From assembly GCF_001194135.2 (NCBI RefSeq), contig NC_068984.1, forward strand, positions 25,608,121 to 25,672,120: a stretch of DNA of 64,000 bases, in the 5' to 3' direction. The notes under the pieces were generated by a model. The model was not told the DNA's origin, made no database searches, and saw only the letters and a program-made list of their open reading frames with translations. This document shows, one piece after another, positions 40,073 through 51,937 of the stretch. The translations under genes were made by a program, and so were the position numbers. Every line of letters starts with the position of its first letter. Position 1 is the first letter of the stretch. Source of the DNA: Octopus bimaculoides. Lineage: Eukaryota.

Positions 40073-40846
40073 TACACGTACATAGATTATGCCAGTAAGC
40101 GCGCACGCGCGCGATATCTATACACAACCAGCGATCTCAAGATATGGCCATTTTCGCATAAACAAACACCCGAAACAATTGAATATGAAATCGTCTTAGT
40201 GACTGAAATTAGATATACTTGAAAAATATTCTGAATTAAAAACAAACTTAGTTGGAGTTGGTTGAAGATTAATGCAATGTATATCTAAAATATTTTATCG
40301 TTTCGTCCCATAGCCTTTTTGAAAAAAATGTACATATTTCTTAGTAAGCAGGCTTCGGATAACACATACTTCTACATATCGATATACTGCGATTACCCCA
40401 TACACACGTACACACATACACAATGATCGTCCACACGAAACACACAAAATAGTAGGAAAAATTTAAAAAGTAAATAAATAAAACTAATCAATTTAACAAT
40501 AAAACAACTGCTAAGTTATTCTGCTGTTAATATAGATGAGTCAGAAACATTGTGATACGTGATCAACTTATGGTAAGAACAGTTTCTTGGGAATAAGAGG
40601 AACAGTTTTTACAACTGATGTCTCCCTAAGCTTTATGAATGACTGTTTGGGTGTCATTATCAGCTTGATGTAACATTAAGTGTAATTAATTAGTTGTATA
40701 AAAATCTATGTAAATAGGGTACATCGTCTTGTGGGGGTGTGTGTATTACAAGGACGATGTGTGACAAATCGGACAGGACAGGAAGGAAGTGAAAGGGTGG
40801 GAGGAAACAAACAAAAAAAACAGCAAGTGTCGAATGTAGATGAAGT

Positions 40847-40993
40847 CTGTGAAAAATAATATTTGAAAGAGAAACAAATAGTAACAACAATAATTCCAGT
40901 AAATAAATACGATATATATGACGGTAAAATGAACTAAAAATGTAGGTATCAAACGAGTATATATGTATATATTTATGTGATAAGTTTGCCTAC
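40847..40993 (-). other. Candidate 147-nt first intron of minus-strand transcript
   Basis: CTAG|gtaggc donor and ttatttttcacag acceptor. Confidence 0.5.
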
Positions 40994-41800
40994 CTAGCTG
41001 TGGTCGGTCGGTTGGTGTAGAGAAGAAGGAAAGTGCGAGCTGTAATTGCTATCAACAATACTGTGAGGAAGGAGGAAGGGGAGGAGGCTTGTCAGCAGTA
41101 GCAACGACGACGGCAGGCGTCGATATACAAAGAGAAGCATGGGAGGGTAACAAGATTGCCGAGCTCGGGGACAGCAGGACAGTGAAGTAAGAGGTTAATT
41201 GATAGGAGGAGTGGTAAAAATAAATAAATAATATGTCGAAGGAAGAGGAAGAGAAGGAAATGGGGGAAGAAAGCAGGAAAATTAGAAGGCGTTCAAATTG
41301 ATATAGGTGATAGTGATGTCGGATGTTAACAAATGGGCAAAGTAAAAGTATGAAAGAATAGTAGAGGAAGAAGAAAAGATTATTAGAGATAGACGGGGGG
41401 GGGGGATAAAAGCAAGTGAAAGTGTATTAGGATTAGTGTGAGAGCGAGGCTGTAGTGTTTTTTTTCTCCTTAATGCAAAGGAGTACTGAGACGTATGAGT
41501 ATTAGATATAACCAAATTCTCCGTGGAATCAAACGCATTAACCTTTTTCTCTTGACTTGATATCACTACAAACATATATCTATCCTATACGCAGTTATGC
41601 ACCTATATTGTAATCATTTATAGTCTTATATCGACTGAAGAGGTTTTAATCTTTGTTGTCAGTCTTGTCGGCTGTAAGTATACTGCGGACATCAATTTTC
41701 AAAGCTCTCATACAACTGCGCTGGACGCTTGAAAGACGCTAGCGGCAACCGAACCTGCTTGGTAATTATTATTTACTGATCGTGTAGCTGTTTTCTTACA
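40994..41800. promoter_or_regulatory. CpG-retaining candidate promoter and first-exon region, possibly bidirectional
   Basis: Unique sequence with many CpGs, CT-rich minus-strand leader ending at a donor (40993), plus-strand donor CTTG|gtaatt at 41762. Confidence 0.45.
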
Positions 41801-42383
41801 CATTCATCGTCGAGAAGTTTGTTAATGGTACAAAAGCAGTTCTGATTTTAAAAGATTGAGATAAATTATACCCACTGTTTAAAAGTTGATAGAACGCAAT
41901 GACCAAATTAAAACGCGCGGATATAAAAGCTAGTGGTGGTCAATATGCAGTGGGTCGAGTGCATTTATTTATTTTCTACATCATATTCACTCAGTAACTG
42001 ACTGCATAGTATCTGTTAATTGATCTACGACAGTGGTTGTGACGGTAACTTTTCAATGAACATAGACAAATCTAGATATATTAGAAACTATAGCTACTTC
42101 TATCATGTTTTAAGAGAAAACCACTTTTTCCCTTATCATTATATATTTTTTTAAAGCCGCGTACACATCCCCCACTATTGCTTAACGACCGGTATTGGTG
42201 TGTTTACGTCTCCGTAACGTAGTGGTTCAGCCAAAAAAAGAACGATAGAATAAGTACCAGGCTTTTAAAAGAAATAGGTACTGGAGTCGATCTGTTCAAC
42301 TAAAATTCTTCAATGCGGTACCCCAGCACAGTGCACCTGAGCACTGTATACAACAATTTCATTATATTATTATAAGTAAATAA

Positions 42384-42580
42384 GGCGACAAGCTGTCAGA
42401 AACGTTAGCACGCCAGGCGAAATACTTAGCGGTTTTGCGTTCTGAGTTCAAATTCCGCCGAGGTCAACTTTGCCTTTCATCCTTTCGGGGCTGAGAAGTT
42501 TTACGTAATGGGGTTGATCTAATCGACTGGCTCCCTCCCCCAAAATTTCGTGCCTTGTGCCTAGAGTAGAAAAGATTATT
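42384..42580 (+). mobile_element. SINE family B, full length
   Basis: ggcgacaagctgtcagaaacgttagcacgcc..gagttcaaattccgccgagg; paralogues at 43780-43940, 44482-44640, 48259-48430 (+) and 35655-35830, 59590-59804, 61433-61535 (-). Confidence 0.88.
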
Positions 42581-43206
42581 ATAAGTAAATGAACCGGTTA
42601 TAATTACATTTATCGAATTCAGAAAACGAAGAGAAGATAAAAGAGTTTTCCACAACACGGACAATTGCAACTTGCAAATGCTATAATATTATCAAGTAAC
42701 ATTTGTGTCTCCCACATAAAAGGTCTATCGTGAAATAGTCGAGATCGTATTCCCTGGGCATAAGAACTTATCCGAATATACAAGCTTCACTAATTTTTAC
42801 CGACGAAAACCACCCCTTGATTCTTGGGCTTATTTTTTCACTTTACTTTCTCCCCCACCCCATTATAACTATTATAACCTATCTAGGGGAGATAAGTATT
42901 AAACTATTTGACCTACAACCTATTGTGTTGGAAGTGCCACGACACATTAACATGGTTTTATTATCTTAACTACGAAGTGGTTAACAGGTTTACAACATAT
43001 CAACTCATGGTTTACAATTCATTTCTAACTGCGGGAATGTCTAACTCGGTGTAAATCAAAATATTCCAGAGATCTTCACTCGAAGAACACTCTTCTTGGT
43101 TTTCCCGCCAATATTTGGATCTGATACATGTCGACGAAAGATGCGCACCATATGCGTGAATATATGCATATTCTGACAGACAAGAAATTTAGCCCATTCC
43201 TTATAA

Positions 43207-43260
43207 TCTCTCTGATGAACCAGGGTGATTCCCTGATGAAATTCGGATCCGAATAAGCGA
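43207..43260 (+). ncRNA. Type I hammerhead ribozyme-like motif with palindromic stem III
   Basis: TCTCT-CTGATGA-ACCAGGG tgatt CCCTGAT-GAA-ATTCGGATCCGAAT-A-AGCGA. Confidence 0.6.
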
Positions 43261-43450
43261 TAAGCTGACAGGCGAAATTTAATAATAAATGTAATTCATA
43301 TATTTATTTTGAAAGTATCACGGCTGTTGATTTCCAATTATTTTTTTCTTTTTTGGCGGGGCAAGGCATGAATAATGTGTGTGTGTGTGCTGTTCCGTAA
43401 TGATAAGATCGACAAAAATGTACTCCATCTGATGAGAGGTCAATACTACT

Positions 43451-43712
43451 TAATAAACACAATATATGTTTTTATGTGCTACTATTAGTTTCATGCGCTA
43501 AGAGCATGCCAGACAGTATTTTAACACGTCTGGTGTCTTAGCACAATCATCAGGCACTGCCCACGTGGTATAACGAACTATTTTTAGTTCGTTATACCAT
43601 GTGGTCAGTGCCTGATGATTGTGCTAGGACACTAGACGTGTTAAAAAATACTGTCTGGCATGCTCTCAGCGCATGAAACTAATAGTAGCTCATAAAAACA
43701 TTATGTTTATTA
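43451..43712. mobile_element. Long palindrome, each arm carrying a hammerhead-like fold with extended stem II
   Basis: About 130-bp arms around a T4 loop at 43581; motifs at 43476-43557 (-) and 43608-43691 (+). Confidence 0.75.
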
Positions 43713-45283
43713 AATTATATATATATATATACAGCTTCAAATGTATGTAATAAAATCTTAATTTAGATATTGTGATAAAGCGGCGAGCTGATAGAATCGT
43801 TACCGTACTGGGCAAAATGCTAAGTGGCATTTCGTCTACCTTTGCTCCCTGAGTCGACTTTACATTTTATCCTTTTCGGAGCTGATGTAATCGACTTAAC
43901 ACTACCTCGAAAATGCTGACCTTATGCCGAAATTTGAAACTAATTTAAAGATTGCGATTGTCATACTGCTTTCGGTAACATAAACAAGATATGTCGAACT
44001 GACTAAATTGATGATGTACCTTTCTGCCTATCAAATTCCCCCTCCTAGATATTGATCAACTCGAAGTTATTACTATGTAAAAGACAGTTGCCCAAGGTAT
44101 TGTACAATAGAATCGAACTCGAAACTGCGTAGTTACAAAGCGAAGTTCTGAATTAATCAGCCATGTCTACGCTCGTGTTTACGTGAGGTTTATCTCGGAA
44201 AGTCAATCTAGCTGTGTTCAATAATCTTTTCTTGTAAGTGAAAGTGAAGCTGATAGTAAAATGAAAGTGAAAAGATTATTTTCTTTTAAACTGAAAGTTT
44301 ATTTTGAAATTGTTTATGTATTGAAGAAATATCTGAACTTTTGAGGCGATAAACGCCTTTTAGAATCGTAGCGAACATAATTATCATGACAGAAGGGAAT
44401 TGTGATAATAATTCAATCAACCTCGGTTACATTAGAGCTGTTTAACAGATTCCATAACATGAAATATTGCAAGTGAGCCATAAAGCGACGAGGTAGCAGA
44501 ACCGTTAGCACATCGGACAAAATGTTTAGCGGCATTTCTTCCGGCTCTTTACATTCTGTGTTTAAATTCCGCCGAGGTCGATTTCGCCTTTCATCCTTTC
44601 GGGAGTTGAAAAATAAGTACCAGTCAAGTACCGGTGTTTATTTTCCAAATGAGATTGTTTTCTACAAACAGGCATCAAACGTGACATACTTCAGCCATAT
44701 ACTCACGCATATATCAAATACTGCTTTCTAATATCGGCACAAGGCCTCAAGTTTGGATGGTGGATATAGTCGATTAAATTGTCCAGTACTTTATTTTATC
44801 GACAATAAAAGGATTAGAATCAAATTTCACTTTGTTGAGATCTGAACTTAGAACGTAAAGAGCCAAAATATATATCACAAAGCATTTTATTCGATTCTCT
44901 ACCGATTCTCCAAATCTACCTAGTTACTGAATTCATCCAATATCCTTATCTATTAACAATCGGGTTACCATGTCATGTACATTTTGACATCGGTTTTCCA
45001 CTCAATGTAATCATTCAAATTAACATGATCCTACATTGCATCCTGTCGCTGTCATGAGTGGGTTCTTTTTTTTTTTTTTTTTTTTTTGCAGTATTTCTTC
45101 TTGTCTCAGGAATCTGAATAGTTTGATCTTATTTTATTGCGGATAACATAAACTGAAAATGGATTATTGCATAGTAAAACCCGTAAATTACTGAGTGGAA
45201 TACGGATTCTTTCCTCGGTGATTTTATATATTAGGTTGTCAGATAAATTCATTCTTTATCATTTATTTATTTTTTAAATCCTT

Positions 45284-45420
45284 GGATCTTTCTGATTTGG
45301 CGGGCACCATTTTTTATTTATGTTTTATTTAATGTGTTTTCTACCGAAACACTTTAAAACTTCGTATACTTGTATATTTTGTCCGTGTTTTTTTAATTAA
45401 TACGAAAAATATTTTTATCA
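45284..45420 (+). mobile_element. One end of the GGATC-ended DNA transposon family
   Basis: ggatctttctgatttggcgggcacca plus subterminal sequence shared with 49334. Confidence 0.7.
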
Positions 45421-45701
45421 TAGTTGTTTTCTGTAGTTGTTTCATTCCTCTATAACTTTATTTAGCGTTTTTTGAGATTAGAATAAATTTTACCTCTTTT
45501 CAGACATATGACGATGGAGTGCCAAGAAGAAAAAAGAAAACAAAAAAGCGAACGAATTTATCTGACAAGCCAATATCTTCTATCCCAGATGCAGACCATC
45601 ATTCTATCTCTCTCTCAGCCCGAATCGTTGGCACATCTATTTTAAAGTCTTCTTAACTTTTTTTAATAATCATTTTCTTCGAGATTTCCCAATTAATCTG
45701 T

Positions 45702-47010
45702 AAGTAAGTGCAAATGTTGTCTCTTCCCGTACACAAACAAGAAATTTACTAACTTATCTACGTTCGCTCTTAAACCACTCACCTGCTTGATAAATACACT
45801 TTCATCCTCAACAAGGAATTTGTTCTTTATCTTTCCAGTTCTAGTTACTTCGTTTTTTTTTTGTTTTTTTTCTTAATACTATTTTTACACAAATTCAACT
45901 CGTCTAGTCTTGTTCATTTTAAACATCTTAACTATAGCTAGTTTTACACTCAGATACTAGAAAAACGACTCTGTCTAATTAACAAATCTATTGTCTAGTA
46001 ATGTGACGGGGCGTGGGTGGTCTAGTGGTTAGCGTATTCGGTTCATAATCTTACGGTCGTGAGTTCAATTCCTGGACAGGCGAAGAGAGAGAGGCTGATG
46101 GTTTGCTGTCGTTCATTGACGAGTATTCAGTTCTTCGATCAACTAAATTACCTCATTCTGAATTAACGACTAAGTGGCCGAGCATTTCAAAGACACTTGT
46201 ACTCTTAACGTAATTCTCAAACAGCATGTGTGCCAAGACTCTACTTTTGACCTAAAGGTATAGTACATCTGCCAACATGTTTCACTTCCAAGGTAAGGCT
46301 CAACCTGATGCTATAGAAAATGACATTTACCCAAGACTGAACTTGGAATCTCGTTGCTGCGAAGTGAACTTCTTAAATATTTGTCTATACTGCGCGTACA
46401 CACACACACACATAATTTACTTTATCAACCACAGAAGAAATCCTCAGCAGAAGCAACATGACGGATGTACATTTTAGGCTGAAGAATTAATTGAGCAATG
46501 ATCAACGCTGAAAATGACAAGATGATAGATCACTATCACCTAGTTCCAAAATTGAACTACTGTTAACATCTATAACATCATGGTGACCATGTGTAAGTAA
46601 ACTATTTAATATGACTGATCTGAAATATATAAGTGCAAAGATAAGTACGAAAAGTACAACACAAAGACGAGGGAAAATAAACCCAGAGTCAGTATTAGTT
46701 TGGCACTCAGAAAATGGCGGGGAAAAGGAAATGTCTTTAATATTTCGATTACACACTCTTCTTCTAAAAAATATAAAAGATATGGAAAGAAAAGATCGGA
46801 AAACTGAAGAGCCTTTCCATAGACATTTATTTTTGTGAAAGCAAATATACTTTGATTTTTCATAAAATATTTTGAGAGCAATTCAATAGGTAGAGGAGGT
46901 AAGATTTCTGAAAGTGACCACCTAAAGTAAGTGCAAATGTTGTCTCTTCCCGTACACCAACAAGAAATTTACTAACTTATCTACGCCTACTCTTAAACCA
47001 CTCACCTGCT
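45702..47010 (+). repeat. 86-bp direct repeat pair (45702-45787 and 46925-47010)
   Basis: aagtaagtgcaaatgttgtctcttcccgtacac...ttaaaccactcacctgct in both, few mismatches. Confidence 0.9.
46007..46082 (+). mobile_element. tRNA-like SINE head
   Basis: A box tggtctagtgg, B box gagttcaattcc; no complete cloverleaf. Confidence 0.65.
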
Positions 47011-48470
47011 ATAAGTAACTAAAATTATTGGGAATTTAAAACAAACGTCGAGTACGATGTATAGTTAACAAAGGTTTCAACACAACGTAAATAAAAAGAA
47101 TGTTTCAGCTGCTTTGGTTATGATGTCTATATACCATATAAGAATATCGCAATAATGCATAACCGATTAGTCATTTATTGTATCGTGTATTTCGGGACTA
47201 ACCATGAAAGATACAGCTTTTTGTAACCAATAAAAAGTGCTAACCCAGAAAGTCTTTGTAAAAAGTTTCCATAATGCCGTTGTCTTCTTTTTCAAGAGTA
47301 AAGTAGAATGGAACAATTTAGAGCGATTTGGTATGTGATAAAGCAACTTGCCGACCGTTTTGAAGTAGTGAAGTAGGAAGTGGAAAGTGTAACTAACTGT
47401 ACATTTCCCACATTTACTGCAAACTGCCGGCAAGTTGCTTACCACTCGCATATCCTGAATCACTCAAAATTGCCATTCACTATTCTTCTGTGAATAGCAA
47501 ATTGGGAATAATGGCCAGTAGAGATCCATTAGCGAGAATTCCTTTTAATAGCTTTGAAAGATATAACGTTATATAAATTTCAGGAAACAAAAACAAACCA
47601 CAACGCAAACGCATTTGTTTGCTGGAAAACGCTTAAATGAGTTAATAAAGAACAATTGTAAGTTGCATGGCAGAAGAGCTAGGAATCATGGTTCGAGCAA
47701 ACGCGATTATACAAATTAGTTTAGCGCAGCATATTCGTAATTGCAAGTTTAGTATTATTCCCTTATTTAAAAGCTGAACATATTGATTACTTATAATCGA
47801 GACAATGCTATAATATTTAGGGGGAAGGCAGTCAATTCAATGTGAATCCCTTTCTGTATCTATTATTTGTACATATGTTATCGATTTCAAAAGGGTGAGA
47901 AGTTAAGTAAACAACAACAGAATTTGAACATTTGAACACAACACTTTACCAGCTATATTGTGCCAGCTACAACCCTCCAAAAATATTTAGATTACTTAAA
48001 AATTCTAAGGTCTAAAATAAATTATGGAACTTGATTAAAAAGAATATTTTTCTGTAACTTTTTTCATTGTAGTAAATAGTAATTCCAGCAATAACAGCTT
48101 ATTTAGTTTAATAACTGATAAATTTTAAGTTCATATCTGCGTCAGCATTTCGATTTATTTTTTCTGAACGTAATTTTTAAACCAACGAATAGTACATACA
48201 CTAATACTAAGAAGCAACAACCATAATATTTACATTAAACCTTTAATATAAGAAACAAGGCGGCACGCTGTCAGAATTGTTACCACGCCGAGCAAAATGC
48301 TTAGCTGCATTTCATCCGTCTTTATGTTCTGAGTTCAAATTCCGCCAAGGTCGACTTTGTTTGCGATCCCTTTCGGAGTCGATAAAATAAGTACCAGTTG
48401 AACTGGGCGTTGATGAAATCGACTTGTGCGAAAATCTAGAACCAAGACTTTTATTAAACATTTAATATAA

Positions 48471-48615
48471 GGCGCGGAACCATGTGGCTTGCTTCCCAGC
48501 CACATGGTTCTGGGTTCAATCCCACTGCGTGACACCTTGGACACCTATCCTCTACAATAGCCTGGGGCCGACGAAAGCATTGTGAGTGGATTTGGTTGAC
48601 GGAAACGGAAAGAAG
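48471..48615 (+). mobile_element. SINE family A, 5' part
   Basis: Similarity to 11311 with CpGs retained. Confidence 0.85.
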
Positions 48616-48859
48616 CACATTGCATGCATGCAATGTGCTTCTTTCCGTTTCCGCTTTGACAGTTCCATTTCAGGTGACTGTAACAACTTATTTTTAATTA
48701 ACCACAAGGGTCTTACACAGAGGAGACAGCACAAGGACGAACAAAACACAAAGGGGGGGGAGCAAACTGATGAAAAAGACATTTTAAAAATTAATGAAAG
48801 ATGGAATGACAACGACTCGAACCCCACACTCCGAGCGACCTCATTGAACTTTTTATAGT

Positions 48860-49250
48860 CAAGTTTGGATGAGACATTTGAACCGTTTAAACAAATCATG
48901 TGACCATACCATATCTTTTAATCTAGCTGTGTCCACTTCCTCGTCCAAATCACAGTCTTCCTTCCCAAACACATCTATCCGATGCAGTCTTGCGTTGTAT
49001 GTTCTATACAACACCGTTCTTTTGGCTGTCCTTTCAGTAGTTTCCCTGGGAGGGGATACCTTGATATTGTTCCACCCCCGTTTCATCATTCCATAGAATC
49101 TTTCAGTTCCCTCCAAACACATCTCCAGACTGCCGTCTCACTGCCTCTGCGAAGCTCCTCCTTTCCATCTCTCTATTTCGTCTAGACATCTCACCAGCTC
49201 CTCCTCGGACGACGACGGGTCGGAGTAGCTCATTCTCTCCATTTTAACAG
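48860..49250 (-). mobile_element. N-terminal fragment of gag-like LINE ORF1
   Basis: ERRSFAEAVRR and KRTVLYRTY segments align by eye with the ORF1 at 50117-51365. Confidence 0.55.
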
Positions 49251-49333
49251 CGCTTTCCCTTTCAAACAAGGGGGACAGAGTTAACAAAACTGCCGTAAGG
49301 CAGCAAAAATAAGTGTCTTAAGACACAACAATT

Positions 49334-49658
49334 GGATCTTTGTGATTTGACGGGCAACATTTTTTTATGTAGTGTTTTTGGTACCGAAACACTTTCAAAC
49401 TTCGAATACTTGTATATTTTGTTGTATAGAACAGATAAAAAATTTTGTATTCGAAGTTATTTCATGTAAAAAAAATTGTCGTATTTCGGTAATTTCAACC
49501 AATCACTGACGTCTATTGAGGTGAAATTTGCGATGTACAATTTTTTGTTAAGAAGGTTAAGAGAAGAAGTTGTTTTATATGACACATTCTACCAGTGTCC
49601 CAAGTTTGAAAGTGTTTCGTTAAGAAAACAAGTGTTGCCCGTCAAATCACAAAGATCC
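49334..49658. mobile_element. GGATC-ended MITE, second subfamily
   Basis: Perfect TIRs GGATCTTTGTGATTTGACGGGCAACA; exact 8-bp TSD CAACAATT. Confidence 0.92.
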
Positions 49659-50116
49659 CAACAATTAATAACAAATACAACTTTGACTAACCTTTCACAC
49701 AAACAAAATTCACGATCAACTCCGTCAGAAATGATTGTAACATATTTCATTTTATTGGCCAATATGGCCCTGCACAGAAGGGACGAACAAGAAGAGACAA
49801 GGTAGCACAAGTGGGGACAAAAAACATAAAAGGATGAATGAAATGAATTTATAAAAAAATGAAGATGTAAGGGCTATTCGACCCCACTTCCGAGTAGTAC
49901 CGTTTTAACTATATTTTCTGCTGTTTTGAAATCCTGTGTTTATCCAAATAATTATCTTAGTAAATAAAATGTGGCTTCAATTTTACGAATTTCACCACAG
50001 GTGGCAAATGGTCATACCTTATCTCTAACCCTAATGAGTTTACGCCGTCCCCAGTGTTTGCCTTTAATTTTTTTATAGTTCTTAATACCAATCAATATAC
50101 ATTCCATACCTGGAAC

Positions 50117-51365
50117 TCATATGTTATCCTCCTCCGTAACTCTTATCACTGACTTCATCTTCCCGATTTTTCCTTCGATGGCCGCATTCGTCCACGCCTT
50201 ATATTTGTAATTGTTCTGTGTTTCTTGTGCGTCTGCTTGTGTGTATTCAATTGGGGAATCTGTAATGTCAGAATTTGTTCGTGTATACCTACCTGAAGTG
50301 TCTGTGAGTGCTTGTGAATATTTTACTGGAGTTATTGGGCTGTATGTGCGTGGTTGTGTATATTTAGTTGGGGATTCTGGGCTGTCTGCGATGTTCTTGT
50401 GTGTTTGTTGTAATGTGGAATGCTGTATGAGCGTTTGTGTGTCACTTAGTTCTTTATTTTTCTTTTTTTTTAAAGTTCTTTGGGAGTGGGAAGTTTTTGA
50501 TGTCTTTCCTCTTCCTGTTCTGTATTTCATGGACTTCATCTCTGCTCTCCGCATCTACCTCCTCGGTACCTTCCTTCAGATTCTCGTCCATGCTACTTTC
50601 CTCTTGTCTCACCTCCATTGATGTTTGGTTGTTGAGACGGGGGCAATTTGCCTTAATATGGCCCTTCTCTCTGCAGTGGGAGGTCTTCCCTCCACTACCA
50701 CACGCAGCTTCACATCCTCTGGCAACTATTTCTTCAGTTATCTCTTGTAGTTCTAGTATGGTGGCCTGGATTATGACTTCTAGGCCATATCCCCACCAAT
50801 TCAGCTGTTTAGTACGGCTTACCTGCAATACATGAGGGTTATCTTTCGTGTCTATTAGGATAGCTGCTAGCAGCCACATCTCGTTGATCTCTGGGGGCAC
50901 CCTACCAATCCTCACTCTCGCTACTCGTTTCCCGAGATAAGTTAGCAGGAGTGCCCAATTTTCCGTTTTCAAGGTTACAATGGAGTGCTTTGCTGCTTCC
51001 TCCACAGTCGGGAAGCGCACCTCCATGTACCAAATTTCCTTCCTCTACAGTAGAATTCGATGTTACTTATCTCTTTCAAGCATTCTTCCAAATCTTCCTC
51101 TTTCGCCATTTCTATTTTCTTATTCGCTAGTGAAAGGGTTCTGTAGTTCACTGTTTTTTTTTCGCTTTTTGCTTCTTGTTAACTCTTCCCGCGGCGTCAA
51201 TTTCAATCTTGACTCTTCTCTTTGTATCATTTTTTTTTTACTTTTCTTCACTATCTCAAAGTCCACAGGCACCTCCCTGACTTCCAGCTGTCTCACAGTA
51301 GCAGCAATATTATTACGGCCTGCTATTGAAGCGTAACTCCCGGCAATCGCTTGCAATTCCTCCAT
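50117..51365 (-). pseudogene. Frameshifted gag-like ORF1 of a non-LTR retrotransposon (L1/Tx1-like)
   Basis: MEELQ..SYASIAG start, RRM-like segment (IEFYCRGRKFGTW / EVRFPTVEEA), damaged zinc knuckle HCREKGHIKANCP, S/P/T-rich repeat tail. Confidence 0.65.
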
Positions 51366-51883
51366 ACTCGCTGTAATTTTCGCCCCCACTGGAGGAGAAA
51401 ACACAACAAAAAGCAAACAATACAAGTTAAACAATTATCAACAAGAGGTAACCCCGCTAGGGAGGACCTTAAACCAAGGATAACCTATCCGAAACGATAC
51501 AAAATCAACTCTGAACAATACAATCTCTTCGAAAGATGATTGGAACAACGGTGAAAAAATATCAATGTTAATTTATAGTGGATGAGTCCAGCAATACACC
51601 ACCAAACAGTCACCATAAGCTTCTTTTTGAAGAGCTCGAGTTTAGGGAAGGTTTTCGGTGCTGCATTTGGGCAAGTCTATGTCTGTATTATCAGACAATT
51701 TCAAAAAAATGTTTTTAAAAATTCAAAACTCTGCAAAAATCTGATACAAATTCTTCATGGTTCAAAACGTTGCTTACTTTTTACTCAACCCCACACGCAC
51801 ACACAAACACACACACACAAACAGGCAATTATGCGGATAAACAAATTAGATATATTAAATATAACCCTCTATATCTGCTCAAT

Positions 51884-51934
51884 TTGATCCCTTGTATAGC
51901 CATTGATCTCTTGTATAGCCATTGATCTCTTGTA
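51884..51934 (+). repeat. 19-bp tandem repeat (ttgatctcttgtatagcca, about 2.7 copies)
   Basis: Visible. Confidence 0.85.
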
Positions 51935-51937
51935 AAG

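Noticed and set aside
43429-43435. Extra CTGATGA just before the palindrome
   Set aside because: No stem II or GAAA follows.
45504-45657. Acceptor followed by a short open Lys/Arg-rich frame
   Set aside because: No donor or homology; adjacent to transposon-derived sequence.
46007-46082. Possible tRNA gene
   Set aside because: Pol III boxes present but no acceptor stem or cloverleaf; treated as a SINE head.
47443-47487. Minus-strand exon-like segment encoding MAILSDSGYAS (DSGxxS degron-like)
   Set aside because: Good donor, but no convincing in-phase downstream exon; a 6-residue motif is weak evidence.
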